Below, piece after piece: positions 1 to 9,469 of a stretch of DNA of 64,000 bases. Position 1 is the first letter of the stretch, and each line of letters opens with the position of its first letter. The notes under the pieces are model-generated. The model did not search any database, had not been told where the DNA came from, and was given only the letters and a program-made list of their open reading frames with translations. The position numbers and the translations under genes are program-made. The stretch lies in the NCBI GenBank assembly GCA_017414385.1, contig JAFQMO010000154.1, positions 6,005 through 70,004 on the forward strand, written 5' to 3'. This DNA comes from Clostridia bacterium. GTDB lineage: Bacteria; Bacillota; Clostridia; Oscillospirales; CAG-272.

Positions 1-317
1 CCCGCAAGAAAGTGTCTGTCCATGCGCGCATGATACGCTTCGACTGTCAGGGTGACAAAGCCAACGGCAAGCTTCGGCCAGATCGGCGTGAGGGGGGCGA
101 TGGGAGTCTCATCCTCGAAGCGGCAGACCTCGCCTGTGCTGTCGGTCGCCGTATAGATGTACTTATCGACACCCGGAATACTTGGGAACATAAACTGCGG
201 AACGAAGATAAACTGCGAGGAATTGCAGTTCCAGAAGGCCTTACCGTTGCCCCCTGCTCTGCGCGTGGTACACGTGTCACTGTTATACTCATCGAGTGCC
301 ATTTGTCTGAAATCCAT
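1..317 (-). CDS. hypothetical protein, N-terminal ~105 codons only (gene runs off the left window edge)
   Basis: Absent from the ORF track because it has no stop in the window. The reverse strand from ATG 317 (MDFRQMALDEYNSDTCTTRRAGGNGKAFWNCNSSQFIFVPQF...) stays open to position 1. AGGAGG at 325-330 lies 7 nt upstream. Track ORFs 12..332(+) and 47..292(-) look like shadows. Confidence 0.6.
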   Translation of the reverse strand, partial: MDFRQMALDEYNSDTCTTRRAGGNGKAFWNCNSSQFIFVPQFMFPSIPGVDKYIYTATDSTGEVCRFEDETPIAPLTPIWPKLAVGFVTLTVEAYHARMDRHFLA

Positions 318-361
318 ACTGTTACCTCCTGAAACGATGCTTGTTAAAATCCGATGTCCCC

Positions 362-390
362 ATTATATCACACACCGCGCGACAAATCAA
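362..390 (-). promoter_or_regulatory. sigma-A type promoter (TTGATT-17-TATAAT) for the partial gene at 317
   Basis: Reverse strand reads TTGATT (385-390), a 17-nt spacer ending in TGTGA, then TATAAT (362-367), about 45 nt upstream of the ATG. Confidence 0.45.
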
Positions 391-606
391 GAGCGGATAC
401 AAAAAGACCGCCTCATAAAGGGGCGACCTCAGGGACAGGATCAACGGCGAATACGGGCGGATGCATCTCCGCTGCGTACCGTGGAACCGAAGCACCTTTG
501 CGTTATTTACCTTTGATCACTGCCGAAATCAAACCGTGCAATGAAAATTCAGCAGGCCTTAACGTTTTTCCGGGGGTTTCCAAAAGGACAATCTCCCCTG
601 CGCAAA

Positions 607-646
607 CAGAAAAAACCGGCAGAGAGCCGTTTCCTCTCTGCCGGTT
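607..646 (-). terminator. intrinsic terminator downstream of the symporter gene
   Basis: 13-bp stem aaccggcagagag / ctctctgccggtt (614-626 / 634-646), followed on the minus strand by TTTTTTCTG. Confidence 0.7.
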
Positions 647-715
647 CTTTTTCCACATGAGTACCCGAGGGCACCCTATTTCAAAAGCGATCCGTCCAAT
701 GACGGTACCTCTTTT

Positions 716-2260
716 TCAATCGTCATCGGAACGTGCCGCTGCCTCTTCCTGCAGTGCAGGATCGTAGGAGAGCATGGGCGCAACATCCTTACCCTTGATC
801 TTACGGTCAACATAGTTCGCCGTGATCTTCAGCACCAGCGGCATCAGCGCGAGGACACCGATCAGGTTGGGGATCATCATCAGACCGTTGAAGGTATCGG
901 AAAGATCCCAGGCAAGACCGCCCTCCATCACCGCACCGGACACGATCATCGCAACAAAGATCACCTTGTAAACCTTGACGCCCTTGGAGCCGAAGAGATA
1001 TTCCACCGCCTTGGAGCCGTACTGCGACCAGCCGAGCACCGTCGTAAACGCAAAGAACAGCATCGCAATGGCAACAAACCATGTACCGGGTGCACCGAAA
1101 TACTGACCGAACGCCTGGGAGATGAGTGTATCACCGTTGACACCGTCCAAAGGTGCACCGGTAGACAGATCGATATAGCCGGTCGAGAGAACGACGATCG
1201 CCGTCATCGTGCATACAACGAACGTATCAAAGAAGACCTCGAAAATACCCCACAGGCCCTGCTTGACAGGCTCCTTGACATTGGAGGAGGAATGAACGAG
1301 AACGGAGGAGCCAAGACCTGCCTCGTTTGAAAAGACGCCTCTCTTGAAGCCCTGTGTCATGGTCTTTTTGATCAGAACACCGATACCGCCGCCAAGAAAT
1401 GCAGCAGGGGTAAATGCGAACTTGAAGATGGAAACAAACATCGGACCGACCTGATCGATATTGATAAACAAAACGATCAGCGAGCCGATCACGAAAACGA
1501 CCGCCATGAAGGGTACCACGACCTCTGCAAATGCCGCAATACGGCGAAGACCGCCGATGATGATCAGCGCACCGACGATAAGAAGCACGATACCGATGCA
1601 GAGATGGATAATGTCGATCTCCGTTCCCGGGATCGTACCGAGGGATACATTTTTGAAGAACGCAGCGTCCATATTCAGAACGATCTTATTGATCTGCGCC
1701 ATGTTGCCGATACCGAAGGATGCAAGGATCGCAAAGCAGGAGAAAAGCACAGCAAGAACATTTGCCGGGATCTGCAGCCACTTTTTACCGTAACGCTTGC
1801 CCAGACCGTCCTTGAGGTAGTACATCGGACCGCCCGACCACTCGCCGTACTCATTGCGGCGGCGGTAATAGATACCGAGCAGGTTTTCGGAGAAGTTGGT
1901 CATCATGCCGAAGAACGCAGCGACCCACATCCAGAAGACCGCACCGGGACCGCCCGTTACGATCGCAGCTGCAACACCCGCGATATTACCTGTACCGACG
2001 GTCGCAGCCAATGCCGCACAAAGCGCCTGAAACTGCGAGATCGTCTTTGTATCGGTCTTTTGGGTTGCCGCGCTGTCCTTATGGAAAACGCTTGCAATGG
2101 TACGCTTCCACCAATGTCCGAGATGCGTGATCTGGAACACCCGTGTACCGACCGTCAAGAGAATGCCGGTACCGATGAGCAGCATGAGTCCGGGAAGACC
2201 CCATACCGCATCATTGACAGCACCGTTTACCGATGTGATGATTTCAAGAATTTGAGTCAT
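716..2260 (-). CDS. alanine/glycine:cation symporter (AGCS family, sodium:alanine symporter)
   Basis: Track ORF 716..2437(-). Polytopic membrane protein with AGCS-like motifs (TVGTGNIAGVAAAIVTGGPGAVFWMW, FSNEAGLGSS). Start moved to ATG 2260 (MTQILEII), with GGAGG 6 nt upstream. The upstream in-frame part overlaps the riboswitch. Confidence 0.93.
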   Translation of the reverse strand: MTQILEIITSVNGAVNDAVWGLPGLMLLIGTGILLTVGTRVFQITHLGHWWKRTIASVFHKDSAATQKTDTKTISQFQALCAALAATVGTGNIAGVAAAIVTGGPGAVFWMWVAAFFGMMTNFSENLLGIYYRRRNEYGEWSGGPMYYLKDGLGKRYGKKWLQIPANVLAVLFSCFAILASFGIGNMAQINKIVLNMDAAFFKNVSLGTIPGTEIDIIHLCIGIVLLIVGALIIIGGLRRIAAFAEVVVPFMAVVFVIGSLIVLFINIDQVGPMFVSIFKFAFTPAAFLGGGIGVLIKKTMTQGFKRGVFSNEAGLGSSVLVHSSSNVKEPVKQGLWGIFEVFFDTFVVCTMTAIVVLSTGYIDLSTGAPLDGVNGDTLISQAFGQYFGAPGTWFVAIAMLFFAFTTVLGWSQYGSKAVEYLFGSKGVKVYKVIFVAMIVSGAVMEGGLAWDLSDTFNGLMMIPNLIGVLALMPLVLKITANYVDRKIKGKDVAPMLSYDPALQEEAAARSDDD

Positions 2261-2281
2261 AGATAGCCTCCAAAGAAGATC

Positions 2282-2320
2282 AAAAAAAAAATTCGGGATA
2301 CGCCGTCGCATATCCCGAAT
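2282..2320 (-). terminator. riboswitch expression-platform terminator
   Basis: Reverse strand reads attcgggata-tgcgacggcg-tatcccgaat (10-bp stem) followed by a 9-10 nt T run, about 20 nt before the symporter RBS. Confidence 0.75.
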
Positions 2321-2360
2321 AAAAAACAAAACACAAAAATACCCAAGAGGTAGATGATTT

Positions 2361-2517
2361 GGTCTTTGTCCTTTTGCCTGAGAGTTTGCGTATTGACGCT
2401 TGCACCTTCGGCCCCCGCGCACAGCGGGCGTCTCCAAAGCTCTGTCCGTACACAGTCCTCATCCGAAACGGACACCTGAGAGCATTACTCCTTCGGCGGC
2501 TCAAAGCCCTTTCCTGC
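2361..2517 (-). promoter_or_regulatory. tandem glycine riboswitch (two aptamers)
   Basis: Reverse strand aptamer 1: GGAAAGGG..GCCGCCGAAGGAGUAA..CUCUCAGGU..GAGGACUG. Aptamer 2: CUUUGGAGACGCCCGC..GCGGGGGCCGAAGGUGCAAGCG..CUCUCAGGCAAAAGGACAAAG. These match the GGAGA / CCGAAGGnGCAA / CUCAGGCAAAAGGAC hallmarks. It lies upstream of an Ala/Gly symporter, a classic association. Confidence 0.8.
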
Positions 2518-2550
2518 ATACATCGTACAGAAATAATTCAATTGTCCGAC

Positions 2551-2579
2551 ATTATATCACAAAAAAATAGGGTTGTCAA
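2551..2579 (-). promoter_or_regulatory. consensus promoter TTGACA-17-TATAAT driving riboswitch and symporter
   Basis: Reverse strand: TTGACA (2574-2579), 17-nt spacer ending TGTGA, TATAAT (2551-2556). Confidence 0.6.
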
Positions 2580-2637
2580 GCGGTTTTCGGTAGATTTTTT
2601 CCGTATCCGAAGGATGCCGACAAATCCTTCTTTATTT

Positions 2638-4371
2638 TTACGGCACAAGATCGATATCCGTCAGAACCGCCCGATGATCGGAAAGTGTGTCAAGGCCGTT
2701 TGCCGAAAGCTTGCCGTACCGCTTGAAGACACCGTCCTCGCTTGTGATCATGACAAAATCGATCGAGCGCTCCCCCTGACCGTTGTCGTAGGATTCCGCA
2801 TCGACGAGCGCATTCTTCATGCCGTTGATGCTCATAAAATACTGATACGATTCGGAGATATCGTTGCAATTGAAGTCTCCCGTAATGATGACAGGACACT
2901 GATATTCCGTTTTCAGCAACTGAATCTTTGCGGTGATCTCATCCGCCTGAACTCTGCGCAGATTCTCCTTCTTCTTTTCCTCTCCGAAATCCCAATGCGT
3001 CGATAGGAACGCAAATTTCACGTCCCTTTCGCTGTCGTAAAGCACCGCCCACGCGATATTGCGGCAGTTTTCGTCTTCGTGCTTGGAATATGCCTCAACA
3101 CCGCTTGCCAACAGCTCATACCTTGCAGCGTTGTAAACGATGGCAGAGAAATTGATCTCGCCGTCATCGCGCACACCGCCGATCAATTTGTAATCCTCTC
3201 CCAGATGGTACGGGACATACCGTTGCCAAGCATCACACAGCTCCTGAACACCGACAGCATCCGGCTGATAGACATCCAAAAGCGCACCGAAGCCCTCCGC
3301 ACGCGCGAAGGTATTCTCTCCGCCGTATTCCTCGGCGAGAACATTATACGAGACAATACGAAGATCGCTGCCCTCTGCCATCGGGTACTCCGTTTCTGTC
3401 AGAAACGATCCCGCACAGCTCACACCCGTCGTCAGCGCGACAGAGCCGTCTGAGGGAAGACCGTTTACGAAAAACGCATCTGCCGCTGCTGCCGCCGGCT
3501 CCGGATTATGACATCCGATCACGACCTTACCCGATTGCAGCAGTGCCTTGTATGCAAGCGAAGCGACATCTGCCGCTGCCGCACTCTCCGCGCGGTCGGT
3601 CTGTCCGACAAGGATCTCACACGCCTGCTCGGGTATCTCATCACTCACAATGGGAAGCACAAGTCCCGATGCGACCGCAACAGAATCGACGACCGCCTGT
3701 GCCATCTCCTTACCCATGGGATGCTCGTGATCATACACAACAACATAATCCGACAGCGGATTGCCGTCAAGGGTCATGCCGTCTGCTACGTAAGTCTTAT
3801 GATAAACACGGTCCTCAAATGCGTCAAACACATCACTGCCGTCTTCGCTGCGCACAATACCTGCGATCACAGTATCGCAAAAATACTGTACCGCATCAAA
3901 AAGTCCCTCTGCGGTATACGATGTGAGATAGATCTTGTTGCCGCGGATCGCAACCGCGTGGTCATACTGCTTCAAGCCCTGCAGAAGCGTCTCCGATTCC
4001 TCATAATTCGTACGTCCGACAATGATCTCATACTGCTCGGGATCGCGGACGGTATCCCATCCGATATAATCCGATTCGCTGACAAACGTCACACCTGTCG
4101 CATCCTCCAGCGCACCGCGCAGCACACGGACCTGATCAAAGACCGCCTGCTCACACCCGTCCGGATAAACGATACGGAAAAGCGCCGCCCCATTCCTTGT
4201 CAGCACCAATTTTGCAGCCGAAGCATCCTCTGTCACCGCATCTGTTGTCACAGCGGAGTCCGTGGAGCCTCCGTCATTTTTACCTGCATCACACGCAGCA
4301 AGACCGAGCACCGTCACAAGGATCAAAAAAAGACAAAAACAAAACCGAAGCGTATTCTTCATAAGCACCAT
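2638..4371 (-). CDS. lipoprotein with C-terminal endonuclease/exonuclease/phosphatase (EEP) domain
   Basis: Track ORF 2638..4395(-). Signal peptide plus lipobox (LILVTVLGLAAC). C-terminal EEP-like motifs (LRIVSYNVLAEE, ITGDFNC, SDHRAVLTDI). Start at 4371 (AAGGAAAGGA upstream) or 4362. Confidence 0.85.
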   Translation of the reverse strand: MVLMKNTLRFCFCLFLILVTVLGLAACDAGKNDGGSTDSAVTTDAVTEDASAAKLVLTRNGAALFRIVYPDGCEQAVFDQVRVLRGALEDATGVTFVSESDYIGWDTVRDPEQYEIIVGRTNYEESETLLQGLKQYDHAVAIRGNKIYLTSYTAEGLFDAVQYFCDTVIAGIVRSEDGSDVFDAFEDRVYHKTYVADGMTLDGNPLSDYVVVYDHEHPMGKEMAQAVVDSVAVASGLVLPIVSDEIPEQACEILVGQTDRAESAAAADVASLAYKALLQSGKVVIGCHNPEPAAAAADAFFVNGLPSDGSVALTTGVSCAGSFLTETEYPMAEGSDLRIVSYNVLAEEYGGENTFARAEGFGALLDVYQPDAVGVQELCDAWQRYVPYHLGEDYKLIGGVRDDGEINFSAIVYNAARYELLASGVEAYSKHEDENCRNIAWAVLYDSERDVKFAFLSTHWDFGEEKKKENLRRVQADEITAKIQLLKTEYQCPVIITGDFNCNDISESYQYFMSINGMKNALVDAESYDNGQGERSIDFVMITSEDGVFKRYGKLSANGLDTLSDHRAVLTDIDLVP

Positions 4372-4568
4372 TCCATTCCTTTCCTTAATCAACACGGTTT
4401 TCCGTATTACAACAGTTTATCATACAGATGTCAAAAAGTCAAGATTTCCCGCCAAAGATCCTCTCCCGCAGGCAGATGTACCCATTTCGGGCAGCTCCGG
4501 TACACGCCTCCCCCCAAAAAAACACGGCGATCCCCCTCAATTCCTTTGATTTATTTCGGGAAAGTCTC

Positions 4569-4597
4569 TTGACCAGAGGCATGAAATGGTGTATAAT
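4569..4597 (+). promoter_or_regulatory. promoter TTGACC-17-TATAAT for the M23 peptidase gene
   Basis: TTGACC 4569-4574, 17-nt spacer ending TGGTG, TATAAT 4592-4597. Confidence 0.55.
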
Positions 4598-4655
4598 AAT
4601 GGTATAAGGCGGAGTGTCCCCTCCGCATCAAACCACTTTTATTCAGGAGGTCAGC

Positions 4656-6302
4656 ATGAACAGTAAGCTGAAGGCCGTTCTTTTTATCCTCGTGCTGTTG
4701 ATTCCCACGTATCTTGCCGTTGCCGCATATATCACGTCACAGTCCGCAAGCGTTGAGGACAGCCGTTCCGTTATCAAGATGACCCTCTCCGATCCCGACG
4801 GAAGGATCTATACCTTCCAGCCCGAGGAGAACAAAAACGCATCCAAGGAAGAGAAGGATGCCGCTGCTCAGGCAAAGACCGAGATCGAGTTTCTCACCTC
4901 GCTGAACCGCAATGCAAAGGCGCTTGACGATATGCCCGACACCGCCGGCGATGCACGGGTATTCACCGTTACATACGACAGCTTCAACCGTACCAGCGTC
5001 TATAAGTATTATTTCACAAACGATCCTGCCTCCGCCTTCTTTGAGGACCCGGAGAACAAGGTCTACCAGATCGCTTCTGCCGATGCCGCCGCGTTCCTCT
5101 GCAAGGATTACGCTGCGTGCCTTTACGAGGGATCTGTTTATCCGGTGCTGACCATCGGCTCCTCCACCGTTACGCCCAAGGAGCTTGACTGGCGTTACCA
5201 GCTGTTCAACGGAAGCTACCGTCCGCTGGATACGGTCACGACCGATGAGATGCACAATTACCGCATGAATGCGCGTTTGAATTTCTCCTTCAACCTTCAT
5301 CCCGACGTCATCGATATCACCATCTATGACGGCGAGGATATCATCTACAAGGACAACTACGCAAATCTGTCTCAGATCAGCATCACAGAGCAGAAGCAGC
5401 TGCATTTCCAGATCTCCGCAAAGTGGTATGAGGTCGACGGCAAGGAGGGTCAGGGCGAGGCGCTCTATGATTTCATGGCGACCGTCAACGCACCCGCCTC
5501 CTTCTACCTGAATCAGGAGACCATTACCAACGGCGATTTCTGTGTCATCACTGTCAAGGACAAGCCCGAGGATGCCGCCATCAGCTTCACATCGGAGCCC
5601 GATCTCGGCTACACTCCTGTCTTTGTCGAGGACGGCGATTACCACCGCGCGCTGATCCCCATCAGCTGCGAGAGACCCTCCGGGCTCTACACCTTCACCC
5701 TGAGCTGTGACGGTGTCACACAGGAGCTGCTGCTCAATGTCGATGAAAAGACCTACCGCGAGATCACGTTCACCATCAGCCAGTCCGTCATCAATGCAAC
5801 GCGTACGGAGGCGACCCTCGCTTCCTTTGAGGAGATCATGCGTCCTGTCGCGCAGTCCCTCTCCATCGGTGCCGATCATCTCTTTGAGGGGATCTTTACG
5901 CAGGGTGTCCCGGACGGCTCCCAGATCCAGACCGGTTACGGACACACCCGTGTCATCAACGGCGGCGCAAGCTACCGCCACATCGGTGTTGACTACATCG
6001 TCAATCTCAATACCGACATCTCTGCCGTCAACAACGGTGTCGTCATTTATGTCGGCGAGACCGACCTGAGCGGTGTGACCGTGGTCATCGAGCACGGTCT
6101 CGGCCTCAAGAGCTGGTACTGCCATCTGACCGAGGCATTGGTCGAGATCGGTGATACCGTCAATCAGGGAGATGTGATCGCCAAGTCCGGCGCAACAGGC
6201 TTCTGTGAGTACGGTACCGCACACATCTCGCTCTCCGTTTTCGATGTTCCCGTCTGTCCTTACACCTATTGGGAAAACCCCGTCGTGCTCAACAAGCCGT
6301 GA
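4656..6302 (+). CDS. membrane-anchored M23/LytM family peptidoglycan metalloendopeptidase
   Basis: Track ORF 4614..6302(+). Start moved to ATG 4656 (MNSKLKAVLFILV), with AGGAGG 6 nt upstream. N-terminal TM helix. C-terminal M23 motifs (YRHIGVDY, VVIEHGLGLKSWYCHL, KSGATGF). Confidence 0.9.
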   Translation: MNSKLKAVLFILVLLIPTYLAVAAYITSQSASVEDSRSVIKMTLSDPDGRIYTFQPEENKNASKEEKDAAAQAKTEIEFLTSLNRNAKALDDMPDTAGDARVFTVTYDSFNRTSVYKYYFTNDPASAFFEDPENKVYQIASADAAAFLCKDYAACLYEGSVYPVLTIGSSTVTPKELDWRYQLFNGSYRPLDTVTTDEMHNYRMNARLNFSFNLHPDVIDITIYDGEDIIYKDNYANLSQISITEQKQLHFQISAKWYEVDGKEGQGEALYDFMATVNAPASFYLNQETITNGDFCVITVKDKPEDAAISFTSEPDLGYTPVFVEDGDYHRALIPISCERPSGLYTFTLSCDGVTQELLLNVDEKTYREITFTISQSVINATRTEATLASFEEIMRPVAQSLSIGADHLFEGIFTQGVPDGSQIQTGYGHTRVINGGASYRHIGVDYIVNLNTDISAVNNGVVIYVGETDLSGVTVVIEHGLGLKSWYCHLTEALVEIGDTVNQGDVIAKSGATGFCEYGTAHISLSVFDVPVCPYTYWENPVVLNKP

Positions 6303-6313
6303 TCCGATCCGTA

Positions 6314-6358
6314 ATCCTGACCCAAGGGCCAAGTCCTTTGGTCAGGATCTTCTTTTTT
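6314..6358 (+). terminator. intrinsic terminator after the M23 gene
   Basis: Stem atcctgacc / ggtcaggat (6314-6322 / 6340-6348) followed by CTTCTTTTTT. Confidence 0.75.
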
Positions 6359-6523
6359 CCGCCGGGACCCGTTTTTTTCGTGAAAATGTCCCGCATATTC
6401 AAGAAAGTTCACAAATTCCATGCATTTACCACTTGCATTACCCCGCCTTTTTTGATATAATACTGTGTGATGAGTACACCGATCCCGCTGGGACGGGATG
6501 CAGGAAAGGAGATCTGCACGATC

Positions 6524-7723
6524 ATGGCAAAGAAGAATAAAAAGCCTGCTGCTACCGAAGACGCGATCACTGTCTCCCGGGCTGCCGATATCCCCGTGAC
6601 AGATGACGTGTCCGCCGTCGATCCCGATGCCGGACAAGAAGTGCCTTCTGCAGCAGCCGAGGATACCGCTGCGGCCGAAATGACCGCAGATACCCAAGCT
6701 GCGGAGGATTCCGATACCGACGGACTCCGTCGGACACAGGATGCAGGCGAATGCGGAAATGTATTCCTTGCTTCGCTTGAGCATGCAACTGCGGACGATT
6801 TTGCAGCGGAACCGCCAAAGAGCAAGAAGAGCATCGGTGAGATCGCATCGAATGCCGCAAGGATCCTTGTATTCTGGGCAGCTGTTGCAGTGTTTCTCCT
6901 GTCAGGCTACCATATCGTATATAAGCTGTATGCTTACCGTCAGGCAGAGGATATCTATTCGGGCGTTGCGGACACCATCATCAACGCCACGACCAATCGC
7001 CGCGAGGATCTGATCGCAACGGCACTGAAAAATGACCGTCTGCAGGCGCTCGTCCCCGTCAACGGAACACGCGAGGACTCCGGCTTTGTCGACGATCCTC
7101 AGGACACGGTCGTATACAATGAGCTCTTTGAAATGATGAAGCGTCAGCTGGCGCTGCTTCGCAACACAAGCGAGGACCTGGTCGGCTGGATCATCATGGA
7201 GGGGGATACGGAGATCAACTACCCCATGGTTCAGTATACCGACAATGACTATTATCTGCATTACGCCTACGACGGCACCTATAATCCCGCCGGCTCGATC
7301 TTCCTGGATTACAGAAACGAGGTCGCCCTCTCCTCCAATCTTCATACCATCATTTACGGACACAACATGGAGAGCGGATCGCCGATGTTTGCCAATCTGC
7401 TGAGATTCCATGAGGATGGCTTTTGGGAGAACAACCGTTATATCAGCGTTTATACCGCAGATGCGCTCTACAAGTATGAGGTGTTTTCCGCATACGAGTC
7501 TCCCGCAACCAACCTGCGTGATCCGGCGTTCAGCTGGCGCATGAATTTCAATCAGAGCATCACGGAATACACCACATGGATCGAAGCCATCCGCGCAAAG
7601 TCGGATTTCAAGACAGACATTCCGATCGACGTCAGTGACCGTATTCTGACACTCTCCACCTGTATGAACATCAACGAAAACCGTTATGTTGTTCACTGTG
7701 TGCTTGTGGAAGTGGTGCAGTAA
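6524..7723 (+). CDS. srtB: class B sortase with long acidic N-terminal extension
   Basis: Track ORF 6467..7723(+). Start taken at ATG 6524 (MAKKNKK), GGAAAGGAG upstream. Sortase B-like motifs: LVGWIIMEGDTEINYPMVQ, IIYGHNM, LTLSTC, and Arg in RYVVHCVL. Confidence 0.9.
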   Translation: MAKKNKKPAATEDAITVSRAADIPVTDDVSAVDPDAGQEVPSAAAEDTAAAEMTADTQAAEDSDTDGLRRTQDAGECGNVFLASLEHATADDFAAEPPKSKKSIGEIASNAARILVFWAAVAVFLLSGYHIVYKLYAYRQAEDIYSGVADTIINATTNRREDLIATALKNDRLQALVPVNGTREDSGFVDDPQDTVVYNELFEMMKRQLALLRNTSEDLVGWIIMEGDTEINYPMVQYTDNDYYLHYAYDGTYNPAGSIFLDYRNEVALSSNLHTIIYGHNMESGSPMFANLLRFHEDGFWENNRYISVYTADALYKYEVFSAYESPATNLRDPAFSWRMNFNQSITEYTTWIEAIRAKSDFKTDIPIDVSDRILTLSTCMNINENRYVVHCVLVEVVQ

Positions 7724-8593
7724 ATGAACCGAATCGCATGGAAATGCCCCGTTTGCGGGGCATCCCTTTTACCCGAATATCAGAAAAAGCCCTACGTGAT
7801 GCGCTGCTGTGCCGATCACAGCTTTGACATCGCACGTCAGGGCTATGTCAATCTGCTGCTTGCAAAGAAGCGCTCCTCCGCCTCCCCCGGCGACAGTGCA
7901 GAGATGGTCTCTGCGCGCACCGCCTTTCTCGGCGGCGGGTATTACCGTGCATTCTCCGACGGTGTTTCCGCGGCTTGCCTTGATCTGCTCGGAGAAAACG
8001 GTCTGCAGCGTGCCGTCATCGCAGATGCCGGATGCGGCGAGGGCTACTATACACAAAATCTCTGTCGTTATCTCGGAGAGCATGGCATCGATGCCGCCTG
8101 CGTCGGCTTTGATCTTTCCAAGGATGCGGTCACGCACGCCTCCTCCTGCGCAAAGCGCGCTTCCATGGCGGACAGACTGTCCTACGCCGTTGCATCGATC
8201 TTCGAGCTGCCGCTTGCCGATGCCTGCTGCGACGGTATCATCAACCTGTTTGCACCCGTTGCGGTGAAGGAGTTTGACCGTGTCCTGAAAAAGGACGGCT
8301 TTCTTTTGTGCGCAGTGCCCGGAGAGCGCCATCTGTGGGGACTCAAGGAGGCGGTGTACGATACGCCCTATCTCAACGAGGTCCGCAGAGATGTCCTTGA
8401 CGGCTTTGTTCTCACGGAGGTCCGCCGCATTGAGGACTGCGTGACCATCTGTACTCAGGAACACATCCGTGCGCTCTTTTCCATGACTCCTTATTATTGG
8501 AAGACAGCAAAAGAGGACACCGAGAAGCTTTCCCGCCTCCAAACACTCAAAACCGAGATCGTCTTTGATCTGCTCCTGTACCGAAAGCGCTGA
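7724..8593 (+). CDS. rlmA: 23S rRNA (guanine-N1)-methyltransferase RlmA-like (Zn-ribbon plus SAM methyltransferase)
   Basis: Full ORF. N-terminal CPVCG...CCADHSFDIARQGYVNLL zinc-ribbon motif, SAM-binding DAGCGEGYY. The ATG immediately follows the sortase stop codon. Confidence 0.8.
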   Translation: MNRIAWKCPVCGASLLPEYQKKPYVMRCCADHSFDIARQGYVNLLLAKKRSSASPGDSAEMVSARTAFLGGGYYRAFSDGVSAACLDLLGENGLQRAVIADAGCGEGYYTQNLCRYLGEHGIDAACVGFDLSKDAVTHASSCAKRASMADRLSYAVASIFELPLADACCDGIINLFAPVAVKEFDRVLKKDGFLLCAVPGERHLWGLKEAVYDTPYLNEVRRDVLDGFVLTEVRRIEDCVTICTQEHIRALFSMTPYYWKTAKEDTEKLSRLQTLKTEIVFDLLLYRKR

Positions 8594-8654
8594 GATCACC
8601 TTCTCCGCCGGTACATAGAAGCAGATTCCGTCACCCCCCAAAGGAGCTACCGAT

Positions 8655-9374
8655 ATGAAGCTTTCACTTGTCATTCCCGCATACAACGAGGAGGCGATCC
8701 TCCCCGATACGATACGAACCACCGTTGCCTCACTCGATCAGATGCTTGCGCAGTCCGTCTTTGGGGACTACGAGCTGATCATGGTCAGCGACGGCTCCAC
8801 AGATGCAACCGCCCAGATCCTGCAGAATGCGGAGCGCAACTATCCGCGCTTCAAGGCTGTGGTCTATACGCCCAACCGCGGCAAGGGCTATGCCGTCAGA
8901 AGCGGTGTGCTCTCCTCCGCGGGAGACTGTGTCATCTTTACCGATGCCGACCTTGCTTACGGTACAGACGTCATTGCCGCCGCACTCCGCCGTCTCTCGG
9001 AGACGGATGCGGATATGCTCATCGGCTCGCGTCCCCTGCATCCCGACGGCTATGCGGGATATACACCGCTGCGCAAGCTCGCCTCGCGCACCTATCTGAA
9101 GATCATCTCCATTGCCGCAGGCTTCCGTCTCAGCGATGCACAGTGCGGATTCAAGGCCATGCGCGGCGACTGCGGCCGCCGTCTGTTTGCGGAATGCAAG
9201 ACGGAGCGCTTCGCCTTTGATCTGGAGCTGCTCATGCGTGCACAGAAGGAGGGGCTATCCATCACCGAAATGCCTGTCAAGATCATCAATCACAGAGAGA
9301 GCTCTGTCCATATCGTCCGAGACAGCATCCGTATGCTCCGCGACATCCGCCGCATCAAGAAAAGCATCAAATAG
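8655..9374 (+). CDS. family 2 glycosyltransferase (polyprenyl-phosphate glycosyltransferase-like)
   Basis: Full ORF. VIPAYNEE, VSDGSTD and FTDADL motifs. AAAGGAG RBS. Confidence 0.9.
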   Translation: MKLSLVIPAYNEEAILPDTIRTTVASLDQMLAQSVFGDYELIMVSDGSTDATAQILQNAERNYPRFKAVVYTPNRGKGYAVRSGVLSSAGDCVIFTDADLAYGTDVIAAALRRLSETDADMLIGSRPLHPDGYAGYTPLRKLASRTYLKIISIAAGFRLSDAQCGFKAMRGDCGRRLFAECKTERFAFDLELLMRAQKEGLSITEMPVKIINHRESSVHIVRDSIRMLRDIRRIKKSIK

Positions 9375-9469
9375 TCCTCCGCACAAAAGCAACCGACAAG
9401 CAAAAGCTTTTGATAAATACAAGACCAAGAAAGGAAGGCTTTCTCAGACGAAAGCCACGGTTATTTTTT

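Noticed and set aside
4737-6332. 531-aa minus-strand ORF
   Set aside because: It is antisense to the M23 peptidase gene. It is Asp/Gly/Val/Leu-rich shadow sequence.
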